Below are positions 7,877 through 17,604 of a stretch of DNA of 38,694 nt, piece after piece. Each line of letters opens with the position of its first letter. Within the stretch, counting starts at the first letter, position 1. Origin of the DNA: a virus (Duplodnaviria; Caudoviricetes). The stretch covers positions 1 to 38,694 of IMG/VR virus record IMGVR_UViG_3300033434_000388. The stretch is one strand, 5' to 3'. The notes under the pieces were generated by a model that saw nothing but the letters and a program-made list of their open reading frames with translations, was not told where the DNA came from and did not search any database. Both the position numbers and the translations under genes were made by a program.

Positions 7877-8602
7877 ATGGCAAAAGAGACGATCGACGTT
7901 GAGAAGGTTGTGGAGTGGGCTTATCGGATACAATGTGTCGACCGGCAACTTGGTGGGCCAGATAATACACCTTCCGTAGTGTCGATTAGTGGTGGCCTTG
8001 GCGAATACGTTCGGCTCGGTACTCGGGTCGACAATTCGGGCGCGGCCACGCGGGCGCTCGGCTTGCGCCTACCCGGTGATGCGACCATCGTCCACGATGC
8101 CGTTCTATCGCTCGGTGATGTCTATCTCGAATGGCGCGCCCGCGACGTGGTTGAGGTCTGGGACGCACGGCTCGCCTCCGAAAAGGGTATGGCGATCGTT
8201 CCCAAGGGGAAGTACTTGGCCATCGCGCCCGCCTATGAAGTTGGCGAGGAAACTCAGCCTGCTCCGCTTGAGGTGATATCGGCCGCCGTACTGGTCATCC
8301 TCAACGGTCGCACTGGTAGCCGGCCGGATTGGTATCCCGATTGGCGTCCCGGATCACGCTATACCGTCGAACCGGATCGGCGCGAGGTGATGCTCGCCCG
8401 CGCCACCTATCTCGCCTGGTGGCTATCGCTCTGCCGTTTGGCGGAAAGGTTGTCCAGATCGCTGTCCGACTTCGACGTAACCGGACCAGAAGCGCCAGAG
8501 GCGCCATGGAAGGCTCATCGGCCGAATATCGTCGAGGACCTCACCACCAACCTGCCCCGTGTGTCACGGAAGGGAGCCGACAAGCGACGCCGACGCGCGT
8601 AA
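7877..8602 (+). CDS. Hypothetical phage protein, possible late-gene regulator
   Basis: Occupies the Q/late-activator position between replication and packaging genes; followed by promoter-like sequence and terminator. Confidence 0.7.
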   Translation: MAKETIDVEKVVEWAYRIQCVDRQLGGPDNTPSVVSISGGLGEYVRLGTRVDNSGAATRALGLRLPGDATIVHDAVLSLGDVYLEWRARDVVEVWDARLASEKGMAIVPKGKYLAIAPAYEVGEETQPAPLEVISAAVLVILNGRTGSRPDWYPDWRPGSRYTVEPDRREVMLARATYLAWWLSLCRLAERLSRSLSDFDVTGPEAPEAPWKAHRPNIVEDLTTNLPRVSRKGADKRRRRA

Positions 8603-8647
8603 CAAATCCCGCTTAACTCACTGATAGAACAGGTAGAAAGAAAATAG

Positions 8648-8675
8648 TTGGACGCTCGGCCTCTTGTGCTATCTC
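8648..8675 (+). promoter_or_regulatory. Candidate late promoter
   Basis: TTGGAC-N16-TATCTC with A-rich upstream tract. Confidence 0.35.
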
Positions 8676-8696
8676 TGATGACGCTAAATCAGATCA

Positions 8697-8728
8697 AAAA
8701 CGCCTCGGCCATCCCGCCGGGGCGTTTT
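8697..8728 (+). terminator. Intrinsic terminator-like hairpin before late genes
   Basis: AAAACGCCTCGGC-catccc-GCCGGGGCGTTTT. Confidence 0.7.
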
Positions 8729-8744
8729 GCGTATCGGAGGTGAG

Positions 8745-9323
8745 ATGGCTGGCGGCATTCTCGTTGCTCGCTGGGCCGATGCCAACCTAAAGGTTTTCGG
8801 AAAGCGGATTGATGCGCTGAATGCGCAATTCCCGAAAGTACTGCCGCGCATCGTCAATCAGGTTGGCAACCGATCGAAGACTATCGTCATTCGCACCCTG
8901 ACAAAACAGACCGGCTTGCCACGCAAGACCATCGTCAAAGCCGTTGGCAATCCGAACCCTGCCCGACCTGGCAAGCTCTCGTTCGAGATGCGAACCCGAG
9001 GAGGCAATATCCGTCTCAAGTACCTTCGCCCTCGCGAGACAAAGAAGGGTATTGTCGCCTACCCATTCGGTAAGCGCGTGCTGTTTGCTGGCGCCTTCAT
9101 GCGGGGCGGCGCCTTTCCGAAGCGCAAGACTGTCGCTAAGTTCGACGGGCACGTGATGTTCCGTCCGCATGGGCAGAGGAAGAACTATTCATTCCAGCGG
9201 TCTGGTGTGTATGTCCCGGTGGAGATGACCACGGGACGAACCGCTACCGAGTTCCAGAAGATCGCCGCCCCCCTGCTCCGCGAGCGGGTTGAGGCAGCCC
9301 TCACCAAGCTCCTCGGCCCCTGA
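8745..9323 (+). CDS. Lambda gpZ-like minor tail/tail completion protein
   Basis: Basic 192-aa protein (LPRIVNQVGNRSKT...FAGAFM) resembling the gpZ family; GGAGG RBS. Confidence 0.6.
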   Translation: MAGGILVARWADANLKVFGKRIDALNAQFPKVLPRIVNQVGNRSKTIVIRTLTKQTGLPRKTIVKAVGNPNPARPGKLSFEMRTRGGNIRLKYLRPRETKKGIVAYPFGKRVLFAGAFMRGGAFPKRKTVAKFDGHVMFRPHGQRKNYSFQRSGVYVPVEMTTGRTATEFQKIAAPLLRERVEAALTKLLGP

Positions 9324-9326
9324 CCC

Positions 9327-9356
9327 GCTGTGAAACATAGTGTTTCACAGCTTTTT
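9327..9356 (+). terminator. Perfect 11-bp inverted repeat followed by T tract
   Basis: GCTGTGAAACA-tag-TGTTTCACAGC-TTTTT. Confidence 0.55.
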
Positions 9357-9359
9357 GGA

Positions 9360-9490
9360 TAGGGACCGTACGCCCCGCCGACACCCTGCGGTAGCGCGCG
9401 ACTGCGGGGTTTGGCTAGTCTGACGCTAAAATCGAAGCCTAAAGGTAAAGGTCACCTAAAGCTAAAAGTGGCCGGAGGTAAAGGATCGGG
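9360..9490. other. Candidate cos/packaging initiation region
   Basis: GC-rich GGGACCGTAC...CCTGCGGTAGCGCGCGAC stretch followed by six TAAA(G) repeats immediately upstream of the terminase small subunit. Confidence 0.45.
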
Positions 9491-9500
9491 GCCGACCGGC

Positions 9501-10160
9501 ATGGGCGAGATCGTCTCGAAAAGCCGCTTTGCCGAGATCATCGGCGTCTCGCCGGGGCGTGTGTCGCAGTACATCGCCGAGGGGAAGATCAGCCACGCGG
9601 CAATCGTCGGCGAGGGCCAGCGCGCGAAGATCGATGTCGAGGTCGCGAAGGACGATCTGCGGCGAACGCTCGACATCGCACAGCGGCTTGGAAACGGCAT
9701 CTCCACCCGCATCGACGCAGCAGTCCGCCCCAACGAAACGACGGCGAGACCGGCTGGCGAGGCCGGCGCGCCAGCAGCGCCACTGCCGGAGCCGCCGCGC
9801 GGCATTGACCAGGAGCTGAAACTTGAGAAGCTTCAGCAAATACGCCGCGCCAACCGGAACGCCGCGATCGCGGATGCCAAGTCGCGCGGCGAGTTGATCA
9901 CCACTGTCGACGCTAAGGCCGAAATGACCAAGGTGGCTATGGCGATGATGCAGGAGTTCGAGGGCGAGATTACGGACTTTGCGACGGCGATCGCGGCGCG
10001 CTTCTCGCTGCCGCAGCGCGACGTGATCCACCTTCTCCGTCAACGACACAGGGAATTCAGGGCAGACCGATCGAACGCTCTAGATAGAGCCGCCGCTGCG
10101 ATGCCTGAGACCGTGGAAACGCAGGTGTTGGCGCACGACGACGAGGAAGAGCTTGCGTGA
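9501..10160 (+). CDS. Terminase small subunit (Nu1-like)
   Basis: N-terminal wHTH SKSRFAEIIGVSPGRVSQY; coiled coil ending RGELI; GTGA overlap with the large subunit. Confidence 0.85.
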   Translation: MGEIVSKSRFAEIIGVSPGRVSQYIAEGKISHAAIVGEGQRAKIDVEVAKDDLRRTLDIAQRLGNGISTRIDAAVRPNETTARPAGEAGAPAAPLPEPPRGIDQELKLEKLQQIRRANRNAAIADAKSRGELITTVDAKAEMTKVAMAMMQEFEGEITDFATAIAARFSLPQRDVIHLLRQRHREFRADRSNALDRAAAAMPETVETQVLAHDDEEELA

Positions 10161-12094
10161 AGCACATCACCATCGAGACGGCCAACGCCAAGCGTATCAT
10201 GCTGGTGGTGATCGCCGATGCGCTCCGCCCGCCGCCGGCCGTCAACTATGTCGACTGGGCCGTCGACAACATCACGTTCCAGGACAATGAAAGCGACGTT
10301 CCGGGGCCTTACAACCGCCGTGCCTTCCGTTACTTCGACGAGGTGCTGCGCGCCCTTTCGCCGGAAGATCCCTGTCGCATTGTGACGCTGGCGAAAAGCG
10401 CTCAGCTTGGCGGCACGGTGATCGCCGTAATCTTCACGCTCGGGACCATGGACATGGACCCGTGCTATTTCTTCTACGTCCACCCAACGGAGAGCAACGC
10501 CAAGAAGTGGAGCCGGATGAAACTGGTTCCGCTGCTGAAGACGACGCCCGACCTGAGGTCGGCCTTCCCTCTGACTAATCGCGACGGCTCCGACAGCGTT
10601 CTCTACAAGGAACGACGCGACGGGCGTGGCGCTATCCAGATCAGTGGTGCCAACTCCCCATCGAACCTTTCGCAGGTGACGATGAAACGTCAGGTCCAGG
10701 ACGACCTGTCGAAGTGGGAGATGAACAACGCCGGCGATCCAGAGACGCAGGCCGACAGTCGGTCGCGCGGCAAGGAATTCGCCAAGATCCTGAAAATCTC
10801 GACGCCGCTGGTCATGCCCGGCTGTCGGATCACCCGAAATTTCGAGGAAGGTAGCCAGGAATTCCCGTTCGTCCCCTGCCCCCATTGCGGGCACATGCAG
10901 GTGCTCGAATGGGAAAACATGTTGGCGGGGCTCGACGAAGACCATCCGGAAGACGCGCATTTCACGTGCATCGAATGCGGTTCGATAATCGAAGAGCATC
11001 ATCGCGCTGAGATGGTCGACAAGGTCGAATGGCGGGCCAAAAACCCGGCCGCCAAGCGCTACCATCGATCCTTCTATCTCTGGTCTGCCTATTCGATCCT
11101 GCAGAGTTGGGAGCGTATCGCCCGAGAATGGCTTGCGGCCAAGGGTGATCCCGAGCGGGAGCGGGTATTCCTCAACGACACCGTCGGCCGGGCATTCGTG
11201 ACCAATGGCGAAGCGCCGCCGTGGGAGGGCCTTCGCGATCGGGCGGCGCAATCGCCACGATCACGTGGACGCATCCCGGCTGGCTACTTTGTGGTCGCCA
11301 TCGGCGTCGACTGCCAGAAAGATCGCGTCGAGTGGCAGGCCGTGGCCTTCGGCCGCGACTATCGTCGCGCTCCTGTCGATTATGGGGTGATCCCCGGCCA
11401 CATCAGCGAGCGCGATTGTCAGGATAGGCTCGACGCGCTGCTGAAGGAAACCTGGCTGAACTCGGCCGGAAATCGGATCGGCCTCGACAAGCTGGCGATC
11501 GACGGAAACGCGTGGACCGAGGACGTTTGGGAATGGGCGCGGCGGCATTCGGCGCAGCGCGTGGTCATGGTGCGCGGCCTCAATACGGACGTGGCGCCGT
11601 TGACGGCCCGCGTCAAGAAGGAGCGGAACGCGAAAACCGGCAAGCTGCTCAGGTATTCGAGCCGCTTTTACAACGTCAATGTCAGCGTCCTGAAAATGGC
11701 GCTCTATCGCAACCTGGCGAAGACGGACCCTCTGCAGCGTGGCTTTGTCGATTTTCCGGCCGGGTTCGAGGACGAATACTTCCGGCAGTTGACGTCGGAA
11801 CGGCGGATCAAGGTGAAAACCAGATCCGGTGCCGAGAAGTACGAATGGGTGCCGGACCAGACGATCCGCAACGAAATGCTCGACACCATGAACCAAGCCG
11901 AAGCGGCCGCGATCCTATGGGGTGTGCGCAGCTTGCCTGAGGCCATTTGGGACAGGCTCGAAGCAGAACGAGAAACACCGCTGCCCGAGGCGCAACTCGA
12001 CCTCGAGGACGGGCTATTCGGGCGACATAGCTCGGCGAAAGCCGCGCCGAAGCAACCGGAACCGAAGGTCAACAGATGGCGGAACCGCAAATGA
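10157..12094 (+). CDS. Terminase large subunit (lambda gpA family)
   Basis: KSAQLGGT Walker A variant, ISTP, CPHCG/CIECG zinc motif, FLNDTVG, IGVDCQKDR nuclease, RNEMLD. Confidence 0.96.
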   Translation: MKHITIETANAKRIMLVVIADALRPPPAVNYVDWAVDNITFQDNESDVPGPYNRRAFRYFDEVLRALSPEDPCRIVTLAKSAQLGGTVIAVIFTLGTMDMDPCYFFYVHPTESNAKKWSRMKLVPLLKTTPDLRSAFPLTNRDGSDSVLYKERRDGRGAIQISGANSPSNLSQVTMKRQVQDDLSKWEMNNAGDPETQADSRSRGKEFAKILKISTPLVMPGCRITRNFEEGSQEFPFVPCPHCGHMQVLEWENMLAGLDEDHPEDAHFTCIECGSIIEEHHRAEMVDKVEWRAKNPAAKRYHRSFYLWSAYSILQSWERIAREWLAAKGDPERERVFLNDTVGRAFVTNGEAPPWEGLRDRAAQSPRSRGRIPAGYFVVAIGVDCQKDRVEWQAVAFGRDYRRAPVDYGVIPGHISERDCQDRLDALLKETWLNSAGNRIGLDKLAIDGNAWTEDVWEWARRHSAQRVVMVRGLNTDVAPLTARVKKERNAKTGKLLRYSSRFYNVNVSVLKMALYRNLAKTDPLQRGFVDFPAGFEDEYFRQLTSERRIKVKTRSGAEKYEWVPDQTIRNEMLDTMNQAEAAAILWGVRSLPEAIWDRLEAERETPLPEAQLDLEDGLFGRHSSAKAAPKQPEPKVNRWRNRK

Positions 12095-13758
12095 ACGGAG
12101 TTGGAAAAGGCGAACGCCTCTCCCGCCTCGCGCGCGGCGTCGCCTCTCTGTTTGGCAAAGGAGGGGTAGCCACCCCAGCGACTTCTAACCCGGCAACCAT
12201 GGATCGTACGCGCGCCACAGCCTATCTGCGCGATACACGCAGCGGAGTCATTGCCTCCCGGCCGGCCTCATTGCGGGAGCACCGCGACGAGATACGGCGC
12301 GTCTGGTCGCGTGCCGGCGCGCTCGCTATGGATCTGATCCAGAATTCTGGCCGGCTAAAAGGTGCCGTCGACCAGATCCTCGCAGACACGGTCGGCGTCG
12401 AGCTAACGCTCAACCCACAGCCTGATTTCACCGGGCTCGGCTATAACGACAAGGAGCGGGCGGACTGGATCGCTCTCGTCAAGCGTGCTTGGAAAATGCA
12501 CGCATGGAACCCGGCTGAGTGCGACTTTCGCGGCAAGCTGACGGTGCCGCAAATGGGCGACATCGGACTTCGATATTGGCTAGCCTACGGAGAATCTACC
12601 GGTATCGTCAGCTACATGGGGCCGGCACTTCGCCAGCGTTATGGCGTCCGCACCGGCAATAAGATGCTGATGGTTCCACCGCATCGTCTTGTCCAAGATA
12701 CCAATGACCTTGTCGGCCTGTACCAAGGCGTTCTCCACGACGAGAATGGCCGGCCAACATACTATCGCTTCAAAGAAAAGCGGGATGGCATCACCACGAC
12801 CCGCGATTTCGCGGCTCGCGACGCCGCGGGGCGTTCCCTCGTCTTGCATGCCTTCGACCCCAGCGATGCTGAAGACGTGCGCGGCCTGTCGCCACTTGTC
12901 CCAGGTATAAGAAAATACCTGATGGCGGAGAACCTCGACGACGCCACGGCACAGATGGCTTTTCTCCAGACGATTGTTTCCGTCATTCTGACCTCGAAGC
13001 AGCCCTCCGCCGAGGCTTTCGAGGCGTTGCAGGTGATGAAAGATGTCGCTGGCTCCGGCGCAGATGACATCGCCGAGGACTTTGCCAATTACTTCTCAGC
13101 GCAGCTCGATCGCGCAAACGAAAGCCAGATTACGGTATCGAGTGATCCCACCGTATCGCACCTCGCCCCCGGTGAGGATCTATCCATCAAGTCGGCTGGC
13201 GTGCCGGGAAGCGACTACCTGCCTTTCCATAAAGCATTGTCGCGGGATACGGCTCGGGCGATCGGCATCACCTACGGCGGCTACACGCTGGATTATTCCG
13301 ACGCCACCTACGCCTCGACCCGCATGGAGACGTCTTCGCTCTGGCCGGTAGTGCTTCGTCGGCGCGAGCGGATCGCGGCACCGCATTATCAGCTGCCCTA
13401 TGAGCATTGGCTCGAAGAGATGATCGCGTCCGGTCGCATACCCTTCAAGGGGGGACTTCGTGCCTTTCAGGCCAATCGGGATCGCGCCTGCTGGGCAACC
13501 TGGCAGGGACCGGCCAAACCTTCGGCCGACGATCAGAAATCGGCCAACGCGTCGTCAGAGCGCATCGCCAACGGCACGGGAAGCCTCGCCCGCGAATGCG
13601 CCGATATCGGTCTCGATGAAAACGAGGTGTTCGCCGAAAGGCTTGCCGAGCATCAGCGGTATGTGGATGCCGGCATGCGCTCGCCCTACGACCGGGAGGC
13701 GAAGGCACCTTCGAGCGACACGGCGACATCGTCCAAGAAAGTAGGTGCATCGGCATGA
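12091..13758 (+). CDS. Portal protein (lambda gpB family)
   Basis: VRGLSPL, LAPGEDL, DYSDATYASTRM, WQGPAKPSADDQK motifs; ATGA overlap with terminase. Confidence 0.93.
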   Translation: MNGVGKGERLSRLARGVASLFGKGGVATPATSNPATMDRTRATAYLRDTRSGVIASRPASLREHRDEIRRVWSRAGALAMDLIQNSGRLKGAVDQILADTVGVELTLNPQPDFTGLGYNDKERADWIALVKRAWKMHAWNPAECDFRGKLTVPQMGDIGLRYWLAYGESTGIVSYMGPALRQRYGVRTGNKMLMVPPHRLVQDTNDLVGLYQGVLHDENGRPTYYRFKEKRDGITTTRDFAARDAAGRSLVLHAFDPSDAEDVRGLSPLVPGIRKYLMAENLDDATAQMAFLQTIVSVILTSKQPSAEAFEALQVMKDVAGSGADDIAEDFANYFSAQLDRANESQITVSSDPTVSHLAPGEDLSIKSAGVPGSDYLPFHKALSRDTARAIGITYGGYTLDYSDATYASTRMETSSLWPVVLRRRERIAAPHYQLPYEHWLEEMIASGRIPFKGGLRAFQANRDRACWATWQGPAKPSADDQKSANASSERIANGTGSLARECADIGLDENEVFAERLAEHQRYVDAGMRSPYDREAKAPSSDTATSSKKVGASA

Positions 13759-14021
13759 CGACCGTAAACATTGCTGGTGTCGACGTCGACCAGGACGATC
13801 CTTGTGCCCTCTACGCCGCGCTTTACGGCGTGTATCTCAAGCGCCTCGCCGGGCAGGAAGTCGAAGAGCTTACCATTCAGTCGCCGCTGACACGCGAGAC
13901 GGTGAAGTATTCGGCGATCAGTCTCGACGCTTTCGAAGATCGCCTTTCAACGCTTAAGGCGGCCTGCGAACGCAAGCGGGGTCGACGCTCGCGGTTTGCC
14001 AAATCCATCCGCTTCGCCTGA
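13755..14021 (+). CDS. Head completion protein (gpW-like)
   Basis: 88 aa, LAGQEV...ETVKYS...L helix-hairpin-helix pattern with basic C-terminus. Confidence 0.6.
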   Translation: MTTVNIAGVDVDQDDPCALYAALYGVYLKRLAGQEVEELTIQSPLTRETVKYSAISLDAFEDRLSTLKAACERKRGRRSRFAKSIRFA

Positions 14022-14034
14022 AGGAAACACCACC

Positions 14035-15054
14035 ATGACCGTTCTCGTGAACGGCGAAATCGTCTTGTACGGTTTCGTCGGCGACAACATGTGGGAACAA
14101 GGGTTCATCGATCGTGACGTGGTCGACGCCCTGGCCGAACTCGGCCGCGACACTGATGTGACCGTGCGCCTCAATTCCGGTGGCGGCTACATCGCCGACG
14201 GCATCGCCATTTTCAACGCGCTCTCGGCTCACAAGGGCAAAGTAACGGTGGTTGTCGATGGCATCGCTGCGTCGAGCGCCTCGGTGATAGCCATGGCCGG
14301 AGACGAGCGGATCATGCGGTCCGGCTCGCTCATGATGATCCACGACCCTTCGGGGATGGCCTATGGCACCGTCGACGACATCGCCAAGACCATCAAGGCG
14401 CTGGATGCCTATCGCGACAGCATTGCCGCCATCTACGCGGAGACGACAGGCGAAGCGCTCGACGCGCTGAAGGTCGACATGAAGGCCGAGACGTGGATCT
14501 CGGCAGAGGATGCGGTGACACGCGGCTTTGCCACAGCCAACGACAACTCCGCCGCCATCGAGGCCACGGCATACGACTACCGGCTTTATGCGCATGCGCC
14601 GGAACGTCTCGTCGCGCTGGCAGCCACCAATCACTGGTCGCTGAAGGCGGCCAGATCGAAGGCGATGGCTCGTTGTGAGCCGGAACAGCCCCCTATGCAG
14701 GAGCAGACCATGACCAACAAGCCCGCGGCGGGGACATTTACCGCCGACGACGTCAGTGCTGCCATCAAAGCGGCGACCGACCGCATCCAGAAGATCGTCA
14801 CCAGCGAGGAAGCGAAGGGGCGCGAACCTCTTGCCCAGCATCTCGCCTATAACACCGCGCTCAGCGTCGACGACGTTTTGGCGACGCTGAAGTCCGCCTC
14901 GGTCACTCAGCCCGCCTCCGATCCGGCGAAGGACTACGAAAACGAGCGGCAGGCTGCCGGTGCCGGCCTTGCTCGACCGGGTGGCAAGCCGCAGGCACCT
15001 CAGGCGCTCGACGCCAAGGCCATCTACGCCAAGCGCCGCCAGGCCAACCGCTAA
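14035..15054 (+). CDS. ClpP-type head maturation protease with C-terminal scaffold
   Basis: RLNSGGG, DGIAASSASVI, MMIHDP, ETWISAEDAV..GFA; AAGGA RBS. Confidence 0.93.
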   Translation: MTVLVNGEIVLYGFVGDNMWEQGFIDRDVVDALAELGRDTDVTVRLNSGGGYIADGIAIFNALSAHKGKVTVVVDGIAASSASVIAMAGDERIMRSGSLMMIHDPSGMAYGTVDDIAKTIKALDAYRDSIAAIYAETTGEALDALKVDMKAETWISAEDAVTRGFATANDNSAAIEATAYDYRLYAHAPERLVALAATNHWSLKAARSKAMARCEPEQPPMQEQTMTNKPAAGTFTADDVSAAIKAATDRIQKIVTSEEAKGREPLAQHLAYNTALSVDDVLATLKSASVTQPASDPAKDYENERQAAGAGLARPGGKPQAPQALDAKAIYAKRRQANR

Positions 15055-15071
15055 TCCAAGGAAACACCAAC

Positions 15072-15446
15072 ATGCCCGAAGTGCTCGAAGGCCGGCGCAA
15101 CGCTGAATTCCTCCTGTCGGAGGCCAATGGCGCGCGTTCGCGCGACAATATCAAGTTCCTTGCCGGCTCCGGCAGCATCAAGTCAGGCACCGTGCTGGGG
15201 AAGATCACGGCCAGCGGCAAATATACGCCGCACGCACCGGCCGCCGCCGACGGCAGCGAGACGGCCATCGCTGTTGCGTTCAACAACGTCACCGTTCCAG
15301 TGGACGCCGACCTCGTTGACGTAGGCATCACGCGCGACGCCGAGGTGAAGACAGTCTGCCTGACCTTCAACGCCGCCACCGATACGGATGCCGAGAAAGC
15401 AGCCGTTCTCGCTTCCCTCGCCGCTGTCGGCATCATCGGCCGCTGA
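15072..15446 (+). CDS. Head decoration protein (gpD-like)
   Basis: EFLLSEANGARSRD, GTVLGKITASGKY, DGSETAIAV. Confidence 0.9.
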   Translation: MPEVLEGRRNAEFLLSEANGARSRDNIKFLAGSGSIKSGTVLGKITASGKYTPHAPAAADGSETAIAVAFNNVTVPVDADLVDVGITRDAEVKTVCLTFNAATDTDAEKAAVLASLAAVGIIGR

Positions 15447-15473
15447 CTGGCCCCTTCAGAGAGGATTTCAGAA

Positions 15474-16496
15474 ATGGCGGATATGTCCATCTTCAACGAG
15501 GACGAGTTCACACTTACCTCGCTGACTACGCTTGCCAACGAAACGCCGCCGATCCCCGGTCAGATCGGCGCTACGCTGGACTTCGAAGAAGACAGCATCA
15601 CCACCACTTCGATCAAGGTGGAGCGCGAAGGCGCTACCTTGGCGCTGGTCGAACCGACGCCGCGCGGCGGCCCCGGCGAAGTGATCGACCACGACAAGCG
15701 TGGCATGCGGACCTTCGATGCGACGCACCTTCAGCGAGACGAAAGCGTCAAGGCTGAGGAGGTGCAGAATGTGCGCGCCAGTGGCTCGGCCACGGAGGCG
15801 ATGCAGCTGCAGGACCTTGTCGACAGCAAGATGCGCCGGCATTATCGCGACTTCGACCTGACCGATGAGTGGATGAAGGTCGGCGTCATCTCCGGGAAGA
15901 TCGTTTCCGGCAAGGGCCATACCATTCTCGATATCTACGGCGAATTCGGTTTGGCTGTTCCAGCCCCGATTGAGCTTGATCTTTCCAATGAGGCGACGAA
16001 GGTTCGTCTGTTCGCCGACGAGCTTCGCACGGATATGGAGGACGATCTCGTCGCTCCGAGCTACGAAAGCGTTGTTGCTTTCTGTGGCAACGGTTTCTTC
16101 CGTGATCTGGTGGACTTCAAGGAGGTACGCGAGACCTATCTGAACACCGCCGCGGCCTTCGAGCTTCGTGGCATTTTGCCGGACGTGGTCAATTATGGTG
16201 GTGTCACTTGGGTACGGCACAAGACAGGCTCCAAGGCCCGCGCCGCAGCCGGCGGTAACTTGATCGCCGACGACGAAGCACGTGTGTGCTTCAAGGGTGT
16301 GCCGGGACTTTACATCACTCGTTTCGCGCCGGCCGACTACTGGGATACAGTAAATAGGCCGGGTCTGCCGCGTTATATGAACGAGGCAGAGAGCCAGCGT
16401 ACCGAGAAGGCGGCCTTCTTCGAGGTGCAGACCAACCCGATCCATCTCTGCACCCAGCCCGCGACACTGCGCCGACTGAAGCTCAAGGCGGCCTGA
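15474..16496 (+). CDS. Major capsid protein (lambda gpE family)
   Basis: FTLTSLT, PTPRGGPG, FAPADYWDTVN..GLPRY, EVQTNPIHLCTQP. Confidence 0.93.
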   Translation: MADMSIFNEDEFTLTSLTTLANETPPIPGQIGATLDFEEDSITTTSIKVEREGATLALVEPTPRGGPGEVIDHDKRGMRTFDATHLQRDESVKAEEVQNVRASGSATEAMQLQDLVDSKMRRHYRDFDLTDEWMKVGVISGKIVSGKGHTILDIYGEFGLAVPAPIELDLSNEATKVRLFADELRTDMEDDLVAPSYESVVAFCGNGFFRDLVDFKEVRETYLNTAAAFELRGILPDVVNYGGVTWVRHKTGSKARAAAGGNLIADDEARVCFKGVPGLYITRFAPADYWDTVNRPGLPRYMNEAESQRTEKAAFFEVQTNPIHLCTQPATLRRLKLKAA

Positions 16497-16498
16497 CA

Positions 16499-16879
16499 GT
16501 GGACCTTGCTGCCGCTCGCGTTCACCTCGCCGAACAGTCTCGCAAGACGTTCGGCGAGGAGGCGAAGGTTAAGCCGGGTAATATGGGTGACGAACGCTGG
16601 GAAGCGGACCCGGCACGACAAGCCTTCGATGTCGTCGTTCATCCGGTATTCTCGGCCGGCGATGAAGCGTCGCTGGCCGGCGGCAGAACGAACGGGTGGA
16701 TGGCCAGGCTTGCCATCGGGCCAGCCTCCGTGGAAGTCGACTTCAAAGCCTATCCGGAAGCTCTGAGCGCCAAAGCCAAGGACCGCCTGACCTTGACGGC
16801 TCGCAATGCGACCTTCGAGATCAACCGCGTCGATCGTCAGGGGCGAGATCGCCTCGTCTGGAGCCTCGTCAAGCTATGA
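16499..16879 (+). CDS. Head-tail joining protein (FII-like)
   Basis: Position after capsid; beta-rich 126 aa ending FEINRVDRQGRDRLVWSL. Confidence 0.65.
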   Translation: MDLAAARVHLAEQSRKTFGEEAKVKPGNMGDERWEADPARQAFDVVVHPVFSAGDEASLAGGRTNGWMARLAIGPASVEVDFKAYPEALSAKAKDRLTLTARNATFEINRVDRQGRDRLVWSLVKL

Positions 16880-17604
16880 GCGTTGTCCGCATCGCGAGCC
16901 GACTCGTGATCGTACTGGCACTGCGCGGCCACACCCTGGCCGGCGGCACCGTCGCGGATAGCGAGAACACCCCCTTCGACAAAAAGGCCGCCGAGGCAGT
17001 TTGTCCGTTCATCTCGGTCTATACCGACAATCAGGCCCGCAACGCGCGAGACATCGACCCGGCGCGGCCGGTAGATCGGCTCACGATCACCATCGAAATT
17101 GGTGTCAGCGCCAAAGTACAGGACGACAAAGGCGAGGATATTGACGGCTTGCCGATGACCGACGCCGGGATGGAACTCATTCTCGACGCTATCGAACGGC
17201 AAATCCTGATAGTGCTAGCCGATGACGAAAATCCGTGGTCGGCTATCTGGAAGAGGCTGTGGCGCGGTGATCCTCAGCTCAAGTCGACACGCGGCGCATC
17301 GGCAGCAGACGGCGTTCGGTTTGCCGGTCGGCAACTGGAAATCATAGTAGAGCCGCTGAAAGAACCACCATCTGGAGCGCCGGCAACGGGCGTCTGGGCC
17401 GACTTGTTGTCGATGGTCGACGTTGTGCCTGGCCGCGAGACGACGGCGCGAATGTTGCGGCAGCTCATTGAGGCACCGGCGCCGACGGACGACTGGTACG
17501 CCCTCCGACGCAACATGCTGATGTCAGCGGCCGAGGGATCTGCCCTTCTCCTCGATCCGATGCCCGGCGTTCTGCCTGAGTTCGGTGAGGTCTCGCCAAC
17601 ATGA
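16876..17604 (+). CDS. Neck/tail terminator-like protein
   Basis: ATGA overlaps at both ends; PFISVYTD motif; position between head and baseplate genes. Confidence 0.6.
   Translation: MSVVRIASRLVIVLALRGHTLAGGTVADSENTPFDKKAAEAVCPFISVYTDNQARNARDIDPARPVDRLTITIEIGVSAKVQDDKGEDIDGLPMTDAGMELILDAIERQILIVLADDENPWSAIWKRLWRGDPQLKSTRGASAADGVRFAGRQLEIIVEPLKEPPSGAPATGVWADLLSMVDVVPGRETTARMLRQLIEAPAPTDDWYALRRNMLMSAAEGSALLLDPMPGVLPEFGEVSPT

Noticed and set aside
9411-9500. N-terminal extension of the small terminase from the ORF track
   Set aside because: The Lys-rich text comes from translating the TAAAG repeats; the ATG at 9501 directly precedes the wHTH
10040-11896. Long minus-strand ORFs (403 aa and 211 aa) opposite the terminase
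   Set aside because: Antisense shadows expected in GC-rich coding DNA; no motifs
13954-16445. Minus-strand ORFs of 295, 211 and 325 aa opposite head genes
   Set aside because: Shadow ORFs of well-supported + strand genes
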